Part shown: piece by piece, positions 18,951 through 22,667 of the stretch | Layout: each line of letters opens with the position of its first letter | Position numbering within the stretch: position 1 is the stretch's first letter | Assembly: GCA_045536565.1 (NCBI GenBank) | Contig: JAZSNU010000007.1 | Coordinates: 1 to 22,667 of the forward strand | Origin: Clostridia bacterium | GTDB lineage: Bacteria; Bacillota; Clostridia; TANB77; CAG-465 | DNA: 22,667 nt | Direction: 5' to 3' | The notes under the pieces: model-generated | Told to the model about the DNA's origin: nothing | Databases searched by the model: none | What the model saw: only the letters and a program-made list of their open reading frames with translations | Translations under genes and position numbers: made by a program

Positions 18951-19526
18951 TCAGCTATTAATTATATCCTTTATAATTTTTCTTACCTCTATAATTCTTT
19001 TATTTAAAAATTCAGGATGGTCTTTAAGCCATTTTTTATTTAATGGTGATGGATGTGGTAAAACAATAGTAAGTTTACCATCTAAATAATTATTTTTAAA
19101 AATTAGTTCTTCATAATTATCGTTAGGGAAAAAAACTTTTGCCGCTTTTGCTCCTATTATTACATATATTTTATTATCCAGCAATTTTAATTCCTGCTTA
19201 ACCCACTTACTAAAACAACACTTTGGTGGCTTTCTATCATTTCCATTCTTATCTTTGCCTGGATAACAATGAGCAATAGCTCCTATATAAAAATTATCCA
19301 TATTGTAAAAATCATCATCTGATATTTGATACCATTCATATTTTAATGTTTTACCGCTCATATCTGTGAATGGTTTTAAACTTTTATTAACACTGTTTGA
19401 TGGTGATTGACTAATTTGAACTATTTTAGAATTTTGTTTACCCCAAAAGATAGGATGCGGTTCAAATCCAAATTTTTCTTCACAATAACTACATTTTTGT
19501 ATTTCTTTTTTTAATTTTTCAAACAT
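18951..19526 (-). CDS. Uracil-DNA glycosylase-like superfamily protein
   Basis: SQSPS (GQAPG-like position), PFTDMSG, CYPGK..NDRKPP, LPHPSPLN; GAAAGGTG SD before ATG 19526. Confidence 0.8.
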   Translation of the reverse strand: MFEKLKKEIQKCSYCEEKFGFEPHPIFWGKQNSKIVQISQSPSNSVNKSLKPFTDMSGKTLKYEWYQISDDDFYNMDNFYIGAIAHCYPGKDKNGNDRKPPKCCFSKWVKQELKLLDNKIYVIIGAKAAKVFFPNDNYEELIFKNNYLDGKLTIVLPHPSPLNKKWLKDHPEFLNKRIIEVRKIIKDIINS

Positions 19527-19718
19527 TATACACACCTTTCAATAATTACTTATACATGTAAATACATTTATATAATTTTTGTTATTTAATTTTTAATATA
19601 CAAACACTCTCTATATGATATGTTTATGCATCGTTGCAAAATGATTTGTAATCTAGTGTCTGCTCTGTAGATATCTTCTGTGTTTGACATACTTTTACTA
19701 TTTGATATTATCATAAAG

Positions 19719-19745
19719 GCAGATAATTATCAACTAATTATCTGC
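19719..19745 (-). terminator. Terminator-like hairpin
   Basis: Perfect 11-bp stem GCAGATAATTA / TAATTATCTGC with a 5-nt loop, then CTTTAT on the - strand. Confidence 0.5.
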
Positions 19746-19858
19746 TCAAATATACTTTATTGAAAAATCCCATTTCCATTTATTTAACTCTCATTTTTTA
19801 CTCTATAAACTTATAATTTATTTTTTTCTGAACTATAGATTATATCACTGACTACGAA

Positions 19859-19895
19859 CCTCCTGAGAAAAAGCTATAAACTTTTTCTCAGGAGG
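19859..19895 (-). terminator. Strong hairpin after the ABC-F gene
   Basis: Perfect 15-bp stem CCTCCTGAGAAAAAG / CTTTTTCTCAGGAGG with a 7-nt loop, ~20 nt after the stop; U-tract is short. Confidence 0.65.
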
Positions 19896-19914
19896 ACAAA
19901 AATTAGCAGCTATT

Positions 19915-21585
19915 TTAACGTTCATCTATTTCCATACTAGGAGCTTTACGTTGTTTTAACTCACAGCTTTTCAAAAGACCATCTTCTAACTCATATTTTT
20001 CTAGATTTTCAATATTTTCTAAAAATTCTCTATCATGAGATACAACTATAACAGTTCCTTTGAATTGATTTATAGTTTCTTCTAATATTTCAATTCCTTC
20101 TAAGTCTAAGTGGTTTGTTGGTTCATCCAAAATAATTGCATCAACTTCTTTTCCTGAATATGTTGATAAAAGTAATTTTATTCTTTCTCCAGGACTAATT
20201 TCACACATTCTTTTATCTATTTCTTCTCTACCTATTTGAGCACTAATTATTTGCCTTATAGCTTCTTGTTTGTTGTAATTAGCCTTTTCAAAAGCAAATT
20301 CTAAAAGTGTTCTTGTGTCATTTTGTATTTTACCATGTTCTTGAATTAAATTAACAAATTTAGCTTTGTTTGTTACTGTTCCACTTATAACATTCTCACC
20401 ATTACCGCAAATAGCATTTAGTAATGTAGACTTTCCAACTCCGTTTTGTCCCAAAATTCCTATTCTTTCACCAAATTTAATTTGTAAATCAATAGGTCCT
20501 ATTCTAAATCCATTTTCATATCCAAGTATACACTCATTTAAAGAAATCAAATAATTATTAACACTATTTTTAGACATATTAAAATCAATCTTGAATGGTT
20601 TTCTAGTTCTAGGTGCTTCCACCTCACTAAGTTCAGTTAATTTTCTCTCAGAAGCTTTATTTCCACTTGCAACCCCTTTTGATCTGTTTCTATCATAACC
20701 ACGTGCTACTTTATCATTGTCACTTCTAGTTTGACTATTACTACTCATAGCCCATTGGCTTCTTTTTTGTATAGACTCTTTTATTGTTTGGATTTGCTCT
20801 TGTGCTTCGTTATATCTTTGTTGTTGTTTTTCCCTATCTTTGCGTTTAGACTCAATAAATTCTGAATAATTTCCTGAATATTCTGTAATATTTTTATTAT
20901 TTGCATCAATTTCCCAGATTTGATTCGTTACACTATCTAAGAATCTCCTATCATGTGAAACGATAATCATATTAAATTTATTTCCTTTAATATACTCCTC
21001 TAAGAACTCAATAGCGTGTAAATCCAAGTCGTTTGTCGGTTCATCTAATAATACTATATCTCCACCTTTTATCAAAGCAGTTGATAATAATACTTTTTTC
21101 TTTTCACCACCACTTAGTTCATTCATATGAACTAAATTGGAATCTTTTCTTAAATCAAAACCAGCTAATAATTTTTGTATATTAAATTCTATGTTATATC
21201 CATCTAACGCAACAAAAGTTTCATAAAGATCTGAGTATTCATCTAAAGCTTTAGGATCAGTTAACTGATCTTGCAAACTGATCATTCTTTCTTCTAATTC
21301 TTTGATTCCACTATGTTTTAAAATAAAATCTTGTATTGATAACTCGGTGTCGTTAACATCTATTTCTTGTTCTAAATATCCAATTCTTAGATTTTTACTA
21401 CTGTTTATTGTACCTGTATAATCATCATCCAATCCAGCAACTAGTTTTAAGAAAGTAGTCTTTCCTGCTCCATTATTTCCTACTAATCCTATTTTTTTAG
21501 AAGCATTATCCGATATTTTAAAGTTTAGATTCTCTAATATAACTTTACTTCCTATCTCTTTTTTTACATCAATAAATTCTAACAT
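19915..21585 (-). CDS. ABC-F family ribosome-associated ATPase (possible ribosomal protection protein)
   Basis: Two NBDs (GNNGAGKTT/LSGGE/DEPTNDLD/SHDR and GQNGVGKST/ISPGE/DEPTNHLD/SHDR), no TM, YSGNYSEF followed by a long linker. Confidence 0.9.
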   Translation of the reverse strand: MLEFIDVKKEIGSKVILENLNFKISDNASKKIGLVGNNGAGKTTFLKLVAGLDDDYTGTINSSKNLRIGYLEQEIDVNDTELSIQDFILKHSGIKELEERMISLQDQLTDPKALDEYSDLYETFVALDGYNIEFNIQKLLAGFDLRKDSNLVHMNELSGGEKKKVLLSTALIKGGDIVLLDEPTNDLDLHAIEFLEEYIKGNKFNMIIVSHDRRFLDSVTNQIWEIDANNKNITEYSGNYSEFIESKRKDREKQQQRYNEAQEQIQTIKESIQKRSQWAMSSNSQTRSDNDKVARGYDRNRSKGVASGNKASERKLTELSEVEAPRTRKPFKIDFNMSKNSVNNYLISLNECILGYENGFRIGPIDLQIKFGERIGILGQNGVGKSTLLNAICGNGENVISGTVTNKAKFVNLIQEHGKIQNDTRTLLEFAFEKANYNKQEAIRQIISAQIGREEIDKRMCEISPGERIKLLLSTYSGKEVDAIILDEPTNHLDLEGIEILEETINQFKGTVIVVSHDREFLENIENLEKYELEDGLLKSCELKQRKAPSMEIDER

Positions 21586-21597
21586 AACACACCCCTA

Positions 21598-22624
21598 TTA
21601 TTTTTTTCTAACTTTATATATTTTTTCCTTATTTCCATTTTTTGCAATTGAATTATAGTTGCTAACTAATTGTCCACATGCCGCATTTACATCTTGTCCG
21701 TGTGATTCTCTTATTTTAACTTTTAATCCAACGTCTTCAAGTTTTCTCTTAAACTGGGTTAAAACTTGTTTATTAGGTCTTTTAAGTTTATTTGTGCTCG
21801 TATTATTATATTGCAAAAGATTAATTAATACCTTTTTATTTGCAAACCATTTTTTTAGCTGAACAATATCTGATGTTCTATCATTTACACCTGGCCAAAG
21901 CAAATATGCAATTACAACCGTTCTATTATGTCTTTCTGAATAATCCAAAACATTCTTTACAATTTCTTCTATGTTATTTTTTTTCATTCCAGGCATAATT
22001 TTATCTCTAATCTTTTGAGTTGTTGCATGTAAAGATAATGTTAATTGTATTTTTATATGCTCCTCACGTAATTTTTTAAGCGCATTAATGGGTCCAACTG
22101 TTGATACAGTAATTCCATCTGTAGGGAAATTTAATCCATTTCTATCTCTTAATATATGAATTGATTTTATTAATTCATCATAATTAAACAATGGTTCTCC
22201 CATACCCATAAATACAATTCTATTTATTTTTTGACCTAATAACATAACTTGTTGAACAATTTCAGAAGCTGTAAGATTTCTTATAAATCCGATTTCTTCC
22301 AGATTCACAAAAAGCACATTGAACTGGACATCCTACCTGAGTACTAACACACGCAGTTACACCATCTTTTCTTTTGATACAAACAGTTTCAATATATCTA
22401 TGATCAGAAAGTTCATAAACATATTTTAAAGTATCACTACTTTTATATACCTGCTTAACATGTAATGTTTGATATTTCTTTTGAAATGTTTTCTTATATA
22501 AATCGTTAAAGAGATTTTTAGCTTCACTTTCGCCTAATACACTACAAATTTCTTTATATTCAAAATTATACGGATCATTATATATATCTTTTTTACTAAT
22601 TGTTACTTCATTAACTTTACTCAT
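21598..22624 (-). CDS. RlmN/Cfr-family radical SAM RNA methyltransferase, ~341 aa, requiring a +1 frame change at 22291 (recoded gene or pseudogene)
   Basis: 5' frame: IETV, CVSTQVGCPVQCAFC. 3' frame: GFIRNLTASEIVQQ, MGMGEP, STVG, SLHA, GVND, AACGQL. Skipping base 22291 joins CESGRN-GFIRNL. ATG 22624 follows a purine-rich SD. Confidence 0.85.
22287..22295 (-). other. Candidate +1 frameshift site A-AAT-CGG-AT (RlmN-like gene)
   Basis: In-frame CGG at 22291-22289; GGA at 22290-22288 is in the downstream frame; same 9-mer as 9918-9926. Confidence 0.72.
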
Positions 22625-22667
22625 ACTCCCCACCTTTCTTTTTATTATAATTATATTTTTATAAAAT

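Noticed and set aside
19586-19690. 34-aa - strand ORF MSNTEDIYRADTRLQIILQRCINISYRECLYIKN
   Set aside because: No SD and no recognisable motif; could be chance or a remnant.
270-21862. Numerous + strand ORFs of 60-170 aa in the ORF track (e.g. 714-1202, 1317-1823, 5836-6258, 14872-15270)
   Set aside because: They lie antisense to well-supported genes, lack SD sites and recognisable motifs, and have the composition of shadow frames.
21598-22317. Treating the 3' RlmN-like ORF (GTG 22317) or the 3' MFS ORF (TTG 9915) as independent genes
   Set aside because: No SD at these starts; the leading MLFVNLEEI overlaps the Fe-S motif region in the other frame; each half lacks essential parts.
21598-22624. 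Calling the methyltransferase cfr or rlmN
   Set aside because: MGMGEP is RlmN-like rather than the MGMGEA typical of Cfr, but the N-terminus is atypical. C2 versus C8 specificity cannot be read from sequence by eye.
1-22667. CRISPR array, tRNA/rRNA genes, IS or prophage
   Set aside because: No spaced direct repeats, cloverleaf-like GC-rich segments, transposase, integrase or phage genes were seen.

Overview
AT-rich (roughly 25% GC by eye) chromosomal segment, probably from a low-GC Clostridia-type Bacillota genome (inferred from strong SD sites, extended -10 promoters and gene content). Nearly all genes are on the - strand. In transcription order: RlmN/Cfr-family radical SAM methyltransferase, ABC-F ATPase, UDG-like protein, CrtO-like membrane protein, ABC-2 exporter pair, PstS-like binding protein, DUF4358-like/MBOAT/DHHW O-acylation cluster, GNAT, peptidase C45, MFS transporter, TetR plus MacB-like ABC, HD protein, one small + strand orphan, NDT-like protein, SufC/SufB-like pair and a CopA-type ATPase. 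The main observation: two unrelated genes 12 kb apart (the MFS and the RlmN-like gene) are each broken by a +1 frame change at the same 9-mer, A-AAT-CGG-AT. Skipping the C of CGG restores Asn-Gly and a full-length protein in both. In my manual scan these are the only in-frame CGG codons in the credible CDSs. Near-identical contexts without the C, or with AGG, stay in frame. This suggests CGG(A) works as a +1 frameshift or quadruplet-decoding signal in this organism, though the case rests on only two sites.
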